Shown here in pieces: positions 41,383 through 55,861 of a stretch of 64,000 nt of DNA. The translations under genes and the position numbers were made by a program. The notes under the pieces were generated by a model. That model was not told where the DNA came from. It saw only the letters and a list, made by a program, of their open reading frames with translations, and made no database searches. Within the stretch, counting starts at the first letter, position 1. Each line of letters begins with the position of its first letter. Source of the stretch: Chrysomallon squamiferum (Eukaryota > Animalia > Mollusca); contig CM022679.1 of the NCBI GenBank assembly GCA_012295275.1, positions 14,012,001 through 14,076,000 of the forward strand, written 5' to 3'.

Positions 41383-43275
41383 ATATAAGTAATGATAATC
41401 ACCATAGTAGTAGTAGTAGTAGTGGTAGTAGTAATAATGATGATGATGATGATGTGATGATGAAGATGATGATAACAGTAAGAACAACTACAAAAACAGT
41501 AATATTAATAATAATCATAATAACAGTAACAGCAACAACAAAACAATAATAATAATGATAATAGTAATAGCAGTTATAAAATTACTACTAATAAAAATAA
41601 CAATTATCCTATTTCAAGTAAAGAATATAGTTATTACACTAATTTCACCTTACTTACTGGATTAATCTGTAAATCTCTTATCTAGAAAAACAAGTTATAT
41701 TTTATTTAACAACAGCACACTTTAATATTGGAAATCTTTAAATATCACACTGTGCTATACTGTAGTAAATAATATTTTAACTTCAATACCACCACAACCG
41801 AAACAAAAACAATTTAAAAAAAAAACTACAAAAAATTAAAAAAAAAACAATAAAGGTTAAGAATTAAAATATTGAAAATTACAGACTTTATTTCATTGAA
41901 ATAATGACTGTTACATAATCAGGCCGCAATCTTAATTCAGAAACAGCACAGCTCAGAGTTATTTGCAAAATGGTTTGTGTCTGTACTCTCCATCAATAAA
42001 TTATGACTTGCCACTTAGACGAGGGGAAAGTATTGGACATTGATTTCATGTTGTCAGTTCAGTGTTTCTCAAGGGTGAAGCTAAAATACAAATAAATGTG
42101 CATTAGTTTGATTAAACTATTGTCTCCCAGGGTCTGAGATGGCTTATTAGCCGATGCTGCCATTTTGATTGCTAAGGAAATATCCATTTAGAGGGAAGCA
42201 ATTTGCCGTCTTGAAAAATTCATCCAGGTCAGAGCAGTGTAAATATTCTGTGATATGTCCTAGCTGATTTTAGTGCACTGATAAACTAATTGTCATACAA
42301 AGATAGAAGAATGATAAAGAAAAAAATGTGTGGCTGTGGTTGAGAGAAATTTTTGAGAGTAGTTAATTAAAATTAATTTTGAAAAAACATGTTGTGTTGT
42401 GTTTTGAAATAGCTGAAGAATAAAGTAACTAATTCAGTGAACTTGTAAATAAATAAATAAAAATAAATATATATATATAAAACAAACAAACAAACAAATA
42501 AATAAATATAATCTAAAAATCAATCAGCAAATAAAAAAATAAATAATTAATCATTAATATAAAATACCATTTATTAAGTTTCAACAATTATAAGCTTCTA
42601 ACAATGAAGAAATGTAAAAACATTTTAACAAAAACAAACACCACACAACAAAACTGGCAAAAAAAAAAAAAAAAAAAATACCCACACACACAAAGACAAC
42701 AACAACAACAACAAAAAAAAAAAAAAAATATTTATTTTTCTGCTCCACCAAATAACCAATATTTTCTCTTTTCCTTTTTTTTTTTTTTTTATTTCTTCTT
42801 CTTCTTCTTCTTCTCATCCACATATCTATTTACCTTTTCATAATTGTCTGTGAATCATTACCCATGTGCAGAGAAACTCATAACTGCAGAGAGGGGTTTT
42901 TTTTCCCGAGGAGTTAAAAATGCTAACACCATGTTAACAGTGCAAGATTGGCATCCGATATTCTGTTACATCAACACACACACTCTGCCTGCCTCTGGGT
43001 GGCAAGAGCCTGAGCTGATGTGTTGGTGAATTGGAACTGAAAATAGCATACATAGCTTACTTCAACACCGGCCAGACAGAGAAACAGAGAAAAAGAAAAA
43101 GAGAGAGAGAGAGAGAGAAAAAAAAAAAAAAAAAAAAAGTGAGGTCTGTGGAAAGAGCATCTTTGTGGTGCCGTTTCCGTTACAATAATAGATTATGTTC
43201 GAGTGAAATGGTTCCTTGCCTCTGTCTATAAATATTCCATGTTAAGATGTTAATGTGTGCTTGTGTGTGTTAGCT

Positions 43276-43306
<31 letters not shown>

Positions 43307-43549
43307 GCATGTATATGAGTGTGAGTGTGCATGTGTTAGTGCATATTTGTGCATGTATGTGCATATGTATGTGCAAGCATGCATTTTGTAGATATTCTGT
43401 TGTGACATGTTTGTGGTAGCTGTCAATTTAAGGATAACATTTTAAGCATTTTTTTTTTTTTTACATTAGATGCTCATTTTAACACAAACTTTCAGTGTGT
43501 TGTGAATACTTTTACATGAGCTGTCAATTCTCTGTAAAAAGACAACTCA

Positions 43550-43940
43550 TTAGCTGTCAGCATATGTTTTACATTAAATGTCAACATGTAAGTTTTAAAT
43601 TAACAGTGAACATGTAAATTTTACATTAACTGTCAACATGTAAATTTTACATAAACTGTCAATGTGTGAGTTTTACATAAACTACTTTATGAACATTTTT
43701 ACATTGTCTGTCAACATGTAAGTTTTACATTAGCTGTCTACATCTTCTACATTAATTAATTAACAGTTTTGGCAAACATGTTTTTATTATCTGTCAACAT
43801 GCTGGTTTTACATGAACTAACAGGAATTTAACATTTTTTAACTTTCAAATTTTACATTAGTTAATTTATTCTGAACATCATAATGAACAGTTTTAAATTA
43901 CTTTGACAGTAATGTGAACATTTTACATTATCTGACAGAC
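43550..43940. repeat. ~26-bp degenerate minisatellite (ttttacattaactgtcaacatgtaa)
   Basis: About 10 copies. Confidence 0.8.
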
Positions 43941-44072
43941 TTCTAACACTGATTTTTACTTATAATATCATCATCATCACCATCATTTTTTGTTTTAAAA
44001 GTCATTGTATCAATTCTGTAAATTAAATAAGAAATTGAAAGTAAATAAAGTATATGTAATAATAACAATAGT

Positions 44073-44125
<53 letters not shown>

Positions 44126-44799
44126 AAATAATAACAATAATAATAATAATAATGAAAATAATAATAATAATAATAGAAGTAGTAGTAGTTGTAATAAATG
44201 AATAATATAAGCGAATAAATAAATGAATAACATGAACAGAAACATGAAAAATAAAATGATTTTTTAGCTAAATTAAACGTTACTGATTTTTAAACTACCA
44301 GAACATTTTACAGTATCTTACTGTCTTACTTATCGGGTGCATTAAAGTAAATTAATTTTCACCCAGTGGTGGAATATTTAAAATATGTTACTACTAATCA
44401 ACAACGCATGTTGTTAACCTTATTGACTACAGCACCTGGTGAACAATTTTTTTTTTTTTTTTTTTTTTTTTTTGCCTCTCTGTACATTTCATTACTGGTG
44501 ATAGTCTTGCATGTAAAAATCTACACTGAATGTTTACACGTGGAGAAATAAAACTGATAAAAAGAATGAGAAAACCATTTTCACAGGAAGTGTTTTAATG
44601 GGATAAGCATGGGGAACCATTGCAGCATGGAAGCAGAGTATGTATGAAAGATGGAGGGAAGAAAACATAAAATAAAAGATTAAACAAAAAATAAACCCAA
44701 CAAAGTTTAGCTCTTGTTAATTTCCAAACAAGCAAATCAAGATAATTTTGAATTAATATTACCAAAAAAAAAAAAAATAATAAAAGAAGAAAAATGAGC

Positions 44800-44970
44800 A
44801 GTGTGGACATGAATGAATCTGTTGTTTTTTAGAACTGGTCAAGATTATGTAGATTCATTATTGCAGCATCCTCAGTAGTGTGGACATGAACTAATCAAGA
44901 TTATACAGGTTTAGTATTGCAACTACCTGAGTAGTGTGGACATGAATGAATCTGTAGTTTTCAGAACTGT
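44800..44970. repeat. Short tandem triplication (agtgtggacatgaa...)
   Basis: agtgtggacatgaa at ~44800, ~44877 and ~44933. Confidence 0.8.
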
Positions 44971-46606
44971 TCTTGTTGTTAATATATTTTGATTTTATAC
45001 AACAACAACCTGATTAGACTGGACAAGGATGGATCCATTAATTAAGCATTGCTTGAATTTCAAAATTTGTCAGTTTACTTTTTAAAAAAAAAAAAAAAAA
45101 AAACTTCCTCTAAGTAGTTAAAATAGTAAATAAGTAAATAAATAAAAAATACTGAGAATCAATTACAGAACTTTATGGAAGAAAAAAAAATTAAGTAGTA
45201 TATAACATTAATTTTTCAGTATTTTTTAAATTATGTCTAAGTTACCAAACAGTGTTTTTCTGAACAAAGTATTAGAATAATATATTTTATTGGGAAAAGT
45301 TTTTTAATAATACAATAAATACTGGAAAACTGTTAATTTACATAATTACATTTAAAAAAAAATTATAATGAGGTAAAAAGAATAAATAAATAAATAAATA
45401 AATAAATAAATACATAAATAAATTCATAAAAAATAAATAAATAAATAAAAAAGTAACCTGTGAAATAACACCTGGTTTTTTCTTTCATTCCTTCATTAAA
45501 CAAAATATTTTAATACTGACAACCTACTAACAGTTCAAAAACAGTTCAGTTTGAAATCATTTTTTTTTTTTTTTTTTTTTAATAAACTTGAACTGATACA
45601 TTTTGAAAATCACGACCAGTTTAACTGACATGTCATCAAACAACAAACTGTTCATTCATTCAATGCATTTGATCAAGGTTCAAGTATGCCTGTCGGGGGC
45701 ACAACCTCTGCCTGTCACCTTGACAGGAAGGAATGCTAGACTATATTAATAGCTTTCTGCTCAACAACAATTAATTTGTACAGTGCTATTTTTCAGTTTG
45801 ATCTCGGAATTAATTATTTGTGATGTGAGACCTCAGGTAGCTGTCGCTGACTCGATAATCATGTTGCCAGTTAACTATTTATCTTGGCAGCCATTTATAA
45901 TGTACGAATGTAAATTTCTCTCTTTTTTCTTTTCTTTGTTTATTTCTTCATTTTCCTGTTCTTTATTTATTTCTTCTTCTTCTTCTTTTTTCTTAACTTT
46001 TTATTATTAATATCTTTCTTTCATTTCCTTTTTTGAAGTAAACAAATAAATAAATAAATATGTTCTTTTCTGCATTGGCAAAAATAATAATGAAAACAAA
46101 AAATGAAAAAAAAAAAAATAAAAGTAAATAAATAAATAAAAATTCAGTCTGAAAATAGATATGAAAAATGATATATAATGTAATGATAAAACACACATGT
46201 ATAATGTATCAGTTTTTTTTATAAATATAGTTTTGCAATTAGCAAACAAAGATAAATTTCTTTTTTTTTTTTTTTTTTTTTTTGAACACAGACAAGAAAT
46301 AATTATTCTGACATGAATAATACAAAAGTTGTATTCTCTGTAGGAGTCTACTTTTTATATTAACCTTGTTTCTTTTTTTTTAGAGATTGTTAAATAAAAA
46401 ACTGAATCTGTAACTGAAAACGGATTTGCAAATAATGTTAATATAATGAAATAATATATATATATATTTTTTTCTTAACTTTATGTAACTAAAAACAAAA
46501 CTGAAAATAAGTATTAAATAAATAAATAATTAACAATAATTAGTAATAATTAGTAATCTTTTTACCATTACATAGATATAACAAAAAGAGAAACCTGCTT
46601 GAAGAG

Positions 46607-46650
<44 letters not shown>

Positions 46651-47226
46651 ATATTTGTGTATACACTGATATATTTAAATAAATTTAAAAAAAAAATCAT
46701 AATTTATCTCTTATTTTTAAAGAATTCTCTAAATTAAATAAGTAAATAAAAATAAATAAAGTATATCTTTAATAATAATAGTAATAATAACTATAATAAC
46801 AATTATAATTATACTAAAAATAAGAATTGTAATGGTAATAAATAAATAATTAAATAAAAATGAATAAAATAAATAATGAATAAAATAAACAGAAACATGA
46901 AAAAAAGGGGAAATAACAAAAGGAAAACAACAAAAAAAAAATTGATGAAACTAAACAAGAATTTAAAATATAGCTCCAAGCTGCAGGCAAACATTTTCTT
47001 TGTACTTTGGGCATGACAAAGGTATAGTTTTAGTTTTTTACTTCATCAAAGAGAGAGAGAGAAAGATGAAAAGAATTCCTGAGTAAGTTACAACTTTTTA
47101 AATTAGGCAGAACCTTATGAGTTGTCTAGGTTAATAGATATACCAGAAAATTATTATGTTTTGTGGTTGTTGTTGTTTTTTTTTTTAACAGAAACATCTA
47201 ATATGATATATTATTTTGTTCTAGTT

Positions 47227-47257
<31 letters not shown>

Positions 47258-47561
47258 GTCAATTAAATATTTATAATTTTGTATGATTTATTATAATTCA
47301 TAAGAGAAATTTTTTTTTTTTTTTTTTGGTGGAATGTTTTTCAGTTTTCTTATACATTTTAAAATGTATTTTATTTATGAATTTTGAAGTTGGACCTAAA
47401 TGTGTATATGTTGATTTAAGAACATTTGTTAAGTTAATTATAAAGCTTATTATTATTATTCTCTTCTTTTTTTTTTTTTTAATTAATTTATTTCATTAAA
47501 AAAATAAATAAATAAAATTTTACCGTACATTTCATTTTAATCTGATAATCTTTTATCCACT

Positions 47562-47616
<55 letters not shown>

Positions 47617-47797
47617 AACAGTTTTTAGAACAAATATTGAGTGGCAGATGCATAACTTCTGGAAAGGAGGCAACATAATTCACAACAAATACCTAGTTTA
47701 ACTGAAATGTTAAAACCATGTGTGGACAGTAAATAATGGGATACATGCTAGATAAACCTTCTTCCTGAATCTGACATGTAAATCATTTCAGTAATTA

Positions 47798-48310
47798 ACA
47801 ATATGCTTATCTAAATCATCAGTATCAAAAACATACTTAACTACATTACCAATGTTTTAAAACAATATGCTTACCTAAATCATCAGTATCAAAAACATAC
47901 TTAACTACATTACCAATATTTTATAATATAATTAATTACATTGATGATATTTTGAAATATGCTTAAATACATTACCAAAGTTTTAAAATATACTTAAATA
48001 CATTACAGAAATTTTAAAATATACTTAAATACATTAGCAAAGTTTTAAAATATACTTAAATACATTAGCAATGTTTTACAATACACTTAAGTACATTACT
48101 AATGTTTTGAAATGTACTTGATTACATCATCAATGTTTTAAAATGTATTTAAATACATTAATGATATCATAAAATGAAATTAAATACATTATTAGTATTT
48201 TAAATTTTACTTTTTTTTTTTTTTACTATTTACATAATTTGAAATATACTAAAATACATTACCAGTATTATTAAAACATAATTAAATACATTACCAATAT
48301 TTTTAAATAC
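47798..48310. repeat. ~31-bp minisatellite (aatatacttaaatacattaccaatgtttta) with an initial ~63-bp duplication
   Basis: More than 12 copies, ending ~270 bp before coding exon 2. Confidence 0.85.
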
Positions 48311-48423
48311 ACTGTTTTTATAATAATGTAAATAAAAAAAAAAAAAAAAAAAACCCTTCAGGTTAGAAAACAGTTCTTTTAATATGACAAATATGACATA
48401 AACCTCTTTTAAATTGGCATTAA

Positions 48424-48454
<31 letters not shown>

Positions 48455-48582
48455 TTGAAAACCCACAAATTGATGCTGAAAACAAAACGTACCCTGAAGT
48501 ATGAATATTTAAATTTTTTTTTTACATATATATAATTTTTCTCTTTATTAACGGTGTTTTCATTTTTTTTCTTCTGTTTCAG

Positions 48583-48696
48583 CATCTGCTGACAGCCAGT
48601 GGGTTTCAGAATGCTGCCCGAGAACTGCTCGAATGGTGCTCTGACACTCGCGCCTTCCAGCGACAATTCGAAGACAGTCTCATGTGTTGTCTCACA
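48583..48696 (+). CDS. ZMIZ1: ZMIZ1 orthologue, second coding exon (114 nt), [38 protein letters not shown]
   Basis: Strong acceptor (ttttttttcttctgtttcag) and donor (ACA|GTAAGT), 38 codons, phase 0/0, in frame with the previous exon. About 25/38 identical to recalled human [38 protein letters not shown]. Confidence 0.95.
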
Positions 48697-49913
48697 GTAA
48701 GTGTGTTTAATTCTTCTCACCGATGGCACAACTTTTAAGCAGAGTCAATAGCAGAGCTTCTTCTTCTTTTTTTTTTTTTTTCTTTTGGTCATTTATGTCT
48801 AGACATTTTTGTTTTTCGAAAATTTGCTTCAACACAAGTATTTTCGGTTGGTGTTTGTTATTAATATGACATTTGTCATTTGGAGAGTGGTATTTTGATT
48901 TTTAAAAAAAAGAAAAAAAAAAAAGGGATTTAGGATAACAGTGATATAGTTAAATATTTATGGTAATAGACTTTTTTGGTGGGGGAGGTATTTATTTTGA
49001 ACTTTTATTTATGGTCATGGTTTCAAAAATAAAGATTTTAAAAATATTTGAACATTTTAATAAAAATAATAATGATTAATATATAATAACAATAATAAGA
49101 GGATGAAGAACAAGTAGAAGATGAAAGGCTAATTTCCACCAAGCATAATTAATTAAAAAAGAAAACAACTTGAATTTCCCTCCCCTAAGACTCACCATAA
49201 ATGTAAAAATTGGGGGAAAAAAAAGAAGTTCTTATCATTGATTAAATAAATAAAATATTTAAAATGAAGCAATTTTCAAAACAAAGTCAACTTTTGCCTT
49301 TATTCAGTTGCTTAATAGAATTATTTGGGATTTTAATTTTACATTTTTTTTCTTTTACATTTTTGTAAATGTAAATATAATTAAACCCAGAAACAAACAT
49401 TAAACTGTCTACGCAAACAAAAGAATTTCAAAAGGGACATCATTTATAACATCCCAAATGATTTTATTTTTATTTTTGCTTGCAAAAAAATAGTATCAAG
49501 CCTGTTATTATGAACAGTTTGAGTTTGAGTCAAATGACTAAGCTGAGACTAGAGTAACTGCAAACAGCTCATTGAGTTATGTTCTGGACAATTCTGAGTC
49601 TGACTCAAAATTTGCATAATGACAGGCTGAGTACCATTCTTATTTGTGATCATGAAAATATGGCAGCAGTTATTCATTTTTTCCAAAAAGATTATTTATT
49701 TTTTTTACTGGATTAAACTTTATTTAATTTTTAAAAAATAATATTGCTGTGATTTAATATGTACATTCTTAGTAAAAAAAAAAAAAAAAAAAAAAAATTC
49801 TTACATATTTTAGCTTTATTTTAACTGAACTTGATATAAAATTTTGTTTTCAAAAACCATACAAACTATTGTTACTTCCAAAAGCTATTAACTAAACTGG
49901 CAAATAAATATGG

Positions 49914-50075
49914 TACAGTCATGTTGTATATAAAGGACACTGTGGAATAACAACCATCCTGATATATATATATATATATATATATAAATATATATATCCT
50001 TCCATATATAATGCATGCTTTTGAACCTGTGTAAAGAGGCCATTTCAGCTGGTCTTAATACACAGGTTTACTAGA
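49914..50075. mobile_element. Possible mariner-type MITE relic interrupted by (TA)n
   Basis: TA-CAGTC...tatataaaggac at left and ggtcttaatacacaggtttacta at right form loose inverted termini. Confidence 0.3.
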
Positions 50076-50239
50076 AAACCTTTTCTGTTTTTTTTTTTTT
50101 TTTTTTTTTTTTTGCTCATTATACAGTTGGTATGTGTGTGCTTACTTTTTGTTGTTTTCCAGTTTGAAAATGCATTAGTCGATTGTCTTACAGTGAGTAT
50201 ATTTAACTATTTAAATGTAACTAACTTGTTCCAGTGCAA

Positions 50240-51375
50240 CTTAAAACACAAAACACAGTCCAACACACTCACACAAAACATTGCACAACACATTTAAACA
50301 AAGTACCATTTTTGTTAAATTGTTTTTGTTCAGTTTACTTACAGAAAACAAAGTCCATCATAATTACACAAAATGTTGTCCAACACACTCAAACAAAACA
50401 TAGCATAACACATTTACACAAAGTACAATTTTTGTCAAAACATTTTGTTCAGTATACTTGCAAAGTCCAAAGTCTTTTATTATATATAACTAATTTGTTC
50501 AACATAATGGATAGTCAAAACAGTTGTACAAAACATAGCACAACACATTTACACAAGACATAGTCCAACACAATTACACAAGACATAGTCTAACATACTC
50601 TCACAAGGGTCCAATAGATTTGTACAAAATATAGCACAACACATTTACACAAAGGATAGTCCATCATATTTACACAAAATGTAGACAAACAACTTTTATT
50701 ATATGTAACTAATCTGATCAATACAAATACACAACACAATTTTTATTACAAATAATTAATTTATTCAATACAGTTACACAAAATATAATACAGTATAGTT
50801 ACACAAAACATAGTCCAATACAATTTAAATATGTAATTAATTTGTTCACAACAGTTATACAAAATATAGTATAAAACTATTAAGTAATTCAACAAACATG
50901 TTTACATGTAACTGATTTGTCCACAAGCAAATATACGAACATAGTCCACCACAGTCACACAAACAGTCCAACACATTCACAGAAATTATAGTCCTACAGA
51001 GTTACACTAAATATACTCTAACATGGTATTATAGAATAGTACAACAATTTACAAGTAAATAATTTGTCCAACACAATTACACAAAATAGTCCAGCACAGA
51101 TACACAAAGTATATATTCAAACCAGTTACATATAACATAGTCCAAAACAGTTACACACAAAATACAGCCTGACATAGTTACACCAAAAAAATAACTGAAT
51201 ACAGTTACATAAAATATAATCCAATACAGTTACATAAAACTTGGTTCAGTATCATTACATAAAATGTAGTCCAGTACTGTTACACAAAATATAGTTCTTC
51301 ACATTTGCAAAAAAGCAAAAAGTCCAAGACAGCTACACAAAAACTGTTCTTTTGCATTACACAAGATACAGTCAA
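50240..51375. repeat. Long degenerate ~25-bp array (acacaaaacatagtccaacacagtt)
   Basis: Dozens of imperfect copies. Confidence 0.82.
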
Positions 51376-51887
51376 CAGTTTGTGATAACTAATTTTCAAC
51401 ATATTATATGGTCCTGGACAATTATACAGGACTATCTGCATACTGTTTCAGCAACATTTGTTTATGTGTGATTTACTGTCTTTCAGTAAACGTTTTGTTC
51501 TTCATTCAACTTACTGCCCAATATGAAACTACTTACAGTAACTTACTTTTCAATGAAACTTTTTAAATGAAATGTTTTGTCAAAAAATCTTAATTATATA
51601 ACATATTGCTTAGTTTTCGTGGCACAAAAATAATATTAAACAAATATCTGACATATTTTTGTCCATGTCTTTTTTAAAATATGCACTAGAAAAATTAAAC
51701 AAGACCAAACAGTTTTTGGTTTTTTTTTTTTTTTTCAATAACAAATATTTTCATTTTTAAGTCACTGAATTTTCGGGCATGATTTTTAATTTTCTTTTCT
51801 CAAATATTTTGATGTGCTGCATGCTTTGGTGCATGATGCCAAAAACCCAAAACAGTGTACAGTGTTAAATGTATGAATTCTCAATTT

Positions 51888-51919
<32 letters not shown>

Positions 51920-53343
51920 ATTATTGTTATCTATTTAGTCATTTATTTTTATTATCATTATTGTTATGTTGTTGTTATTATTTATTTATTTATTTATTTA
52001 TTTTTATTACTTTTTTGGTTATTATTAGTATTATTATTATTATTATATTGTTGTTGTTGTTGTTATTATTAGCCTTTCTGTTGCTGTTTAATTTTTAGAT
52101 AAATGTTAAAGTTTCTGTTTTGGGTTTTTGGCTAGATCCTGTTTGTTTTAGTTCTGAACTAACTTGGCAGAGACATGTCTCATGTATTTTGATTTCTAAG
52201 CATGAATCACTAACACCAGTTAGAATAGACTGAAATTATGAAATATTCGTTTTAATGTTATTTATCCAGTTATTCCAAATTTTAAATTTGCACCTACATT
52301 ATAAATAACATTTTACAGTGTGTCCTTTATGTTTGAAAATGTTTCTTTTAATATTATGAAATTAAAATTTTAATCTGGACCAGCACATACATTATAAATA
52401 ATATTTTAAATTTTAATAGTGAATATTTATATATCGTTTAAGGTTACAAATGGAACTTAGTATCAATATAAACACTGTCAATATTTTACATGCATTTTTG
52501 ACATCAGTTTTTAGTTTTATTACATAATTCAGTTTTTAATTTACAGTGTATGTAGTATTGTATTGTGCATAGGTAGATTTGATGATGTTTCCTTTCATAC
52601 TGCTCCATTCAAACTCATATTGGCAACAATACATGATCAATATATAACATATCTTACTTTATCTTAGAAAATTATTCTTTTAATACTTGGTATGTTAGTG
52701 TTAAATTGGTATCAACATTTTACACCAAATCGAGTTCATTATTAGCTTAACTTAGAAGATGGCTTTTTAATGTTATTGTAATTTGAGTTTATATTCATCT
52801 TTTTCTTAAAGAATAGTTCTGTTAATGTTTCTGATAAACAAATGAAATGTAAACTGGTACCATTATGTACATTATAAATATTATTTTACACAACAAACCC
52901 ATTCTTTTGAATGTTAAGGTTTTGGGTATCTGCTCAAAATTTATTTGTGATAAGCATTTTTTTTTTTATTCAATATTTCTGTAGAGAATTTTATATATTA
53001 TAAATGTAAAAAAAAAAAAAATAAATAAAAATAAATGTATTCTGTAAGACAGTTCTTTGTAATCAGATGTCTGTTATACAAACAACTTCCATAATTTGTT
53101 TTATTTTTTATATTTTATTTACAAAAATCTTCTTTTTATTTTGGTTATTGCTATGAAATCAATTTTGTTTGATTTCATTTTTAAATTTTATTTTATCAAT
53201 TAAAAAAATGTCAATAAACTGAAACAAAGAAACAAATAGATAACAAAAAAAATTAAAAAAAGGTAATCTAAATTAAATATAAATAATAAATAGATTTCAT
53301 CCTGGATTTCTATCAAACATTCCAAGTAATTTTTTTAATTTTA

Positions 53344-53374
<31 letters not shown>

Positions 53375-55687
53375 GAAAAATAATCGACCAATAACTGTTT
53401 CAGAAACAGTATAAAATTTAAAACATTTCTCACTGCAAAACCTGGTATCTATGCAGGGACAATATTTGTTTAATACACGGCAGAATATAAATATATAGAT
53501 TATCTGATCCCACTTTACACTTGCCGCCTTCTTCGACAATCCTACATAATAAATAAAGCTGGCATATTTTCCAATAAGAAAAACATTTTTATGAAACGTG
53601 AAAGTTAATGAATTTTCTTTTCATCTCGTCTGACAATGGCTAGATTTCTTCACCGCATGGTTATAAGATATTAATTATTTATTCAAATCACTATTGTTTG
53701 CCTAATCTCCTGTGTCAGCAGATTAATCATGAAATCAGTAGCGGTTGTTTAGAAAGTAGTTTTAACTGTCTTCATCAGTTGCTGTAATCTCTATTCTGAT
53801 TGGCTGATTGGTTCTGTCTTTATTTTATTTTACTTTTTTTATTATTATTATTATACATTGTAGGAAGGATACAATATTAATGTGGGATTTTGTTTTCATA
53901 TTAGTTGAGATTTTAGTGGGTTTTTTTTTTAAATTTTGCTGTCTTCTTTTGTTAAGTCCATTAAACTTATACACTTGTACTTCAGATTATTTTCATGTAT
54001 TTTTTCAAAATTTAAAAGTATTAAAGTATCTCTGATTACTGCAAAAGTACATTTACTACTATATTCTAAATACACAATATTCATTATCTTTGTGTAAATT
54101 TGTATCACACTGGTCATAGACAATATGTTAATTCATTGCAAAATTATAATTTTTTAATCTTTGTGTTTAATTTCCCATTATTTAAAAATTTCTCAAAATT
54201 CTAAATTAATTTGCACAAACAAACACATTCATGCATACACACATCGTTACATACACATACATTCTCTCTCTCTCTATCTCTCTCTCTACATAAATATATT
54301 ATTGGCCAGTATAAAATATAAATGCATATACATACATACATACATACATACACACACATATATATATGTGTGTATGTATGTATGTATGTATGTATGTATG
54401 TATGTATTTATGTATGTATATATGTATATTTATATTTTATACTGGCCAATAATTTTCCAGTTACGAGTTATTACATTCTACAGTGTGACATTCCCACTGT
54501 TAACTGGGCTGTGTATAATCTGTGTAGTAAAGATTTGGTGATTCATCATCTCAACTTACACAATTTGCTGATCTGTTGTTTTTTTGTTGTTTTTTTCAAG
54601 TTGACACAGTGTTACACTTGTATTTGGTTACCAAATTCAAGGGTAGGGTACACCTTTTTCCATGCACATATTTTTCTTATGAATTAGATGAAACAAATGA
54701 TTTATTCTCATGTTGATATGGCGTTAGATTTTTACAAAAATTGAGGATAAGTGACAATATTTTTTTTTCCAATGAACATGATTGATCTCAATTTGAGATA
54801 ATATTCAAAACACCTTTTTCATTACATATTTATTTTACTTATGAGTTAGTTCAGTATGTTATTTGTTCTCAACTTGTCATGGTGTTGAATTTGGTTACTG
54901 AAACCAAGGAAAGACAATTTTGACGGGATTAGCAGATAGAGTGGTTCACTTATTTCCTGTTCCAACCAATGAGGAGCATCTCAGTGAGGTTATAAAAAGT
55001 GTAAATAAAATAAGGTGATAATATATGATTGCAGGTGGGTCAGTTATTGCCCTTCTTTTTTTTTTATCTCGACAAATCATGAGATTATCGCGTGTTATTA
55101 ACATATATCAAACACTGATTTACATCTTACAAGAGCAAATTAAATATAACTTTTTGTGTGTCCTTGAAATTTAGCGGGAAGTGATCTTCTTCTTTTTTTT
55201 GATTTTTCATTTTTTTTTTTTTTTTTTGCCACGAATAAGATAAGATGTGACGTGTTTTATTTTCAGTTCATTTTTTAAATATCTGTCTTTATCCACCGAA
55301 ATCTTTCAAATAATTATTATTAAATTTTTTTACTCCAAAAAGGTTTACCTTCACCAAATTTTTCTTATATTAAATACGATTTTTGTTTTTTAAATTAAAT
55401 TGGTCTTTATCTCATCTCAAGATTTTTCAATTATAATTATTTTATTTTTTTAAAAGATTATAAAATTATTATTATTAAATTCTTCTTATAACAAAAAAAA
55501 AAAAATTTTTTTTTTTCTTTAACCTTCTCCAGTCTTTCAAACAATTATTATTTTATACATACATACACATATATATTTATTATTTTATTTTTTTTCACTC
55601 TTAAACATGTTTATCTTGTTCAAATTGCCCAATGTGTAATGAGTTCTGTAAAATATTCAGCTGGAGTAACAACACTGTTTAAAATTC

Positions 55688-55783
55688 CTAGCAGGCATCA
55701 TTTAGCAGACGGCATCTTTAGCAGACGGCATGTTCGCCAGACGGCATATTTTAGCAGACGACATCACTTTGGCAGACGTCATT
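55688..55783 (+). repeat. GC-rich ~16-18-bp tandem repeat (tttagcagacggcatc), 5-6 copies
   Basis: CAGACG at 55706, 55722, 55738, 55755 and 55773. Confidence 0.9.
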
Positions 55784-55789
55784 ATTAAC

Positions 55790-55861
55790 CAGATGTGTAG
55801 CGATGAAGATGTACATGCTTAGCATGTTTTCAGTTGAGAGTTCTTCATCGCTAAACGTCTG
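55790..55861 (+). other. 72-nt stem-loop (candidate structured intronic RNA / pre-miRNA-sized hairpin)
   Basis: CAGATGTGTAGCGATGAAGA (55790-55809) pairs with TCTTCATCGCTAAACGTCTG (55842-55861) with one U-G pair and one mismatch. Inner ACATGC-TTA-GCATGT stem. Confidence 0.6.

Larger units (their letters stand above)
40589..48582 (+). other. ZMIZ1: GT-AG intron (~8.0 kb) between ZMIZ1 coding exons 1 and 2
   Basis: GTGAGT...TTTCAG boundaries; joining the flanks restores continuous ZMIZ1 homology. Confidence 0.9.

Noticed and set aside
48409-48729. 106-aa minus-strand ORF
   Set aside because: Antisense shadow of coding exon 2, running into poly-K from T tracts.
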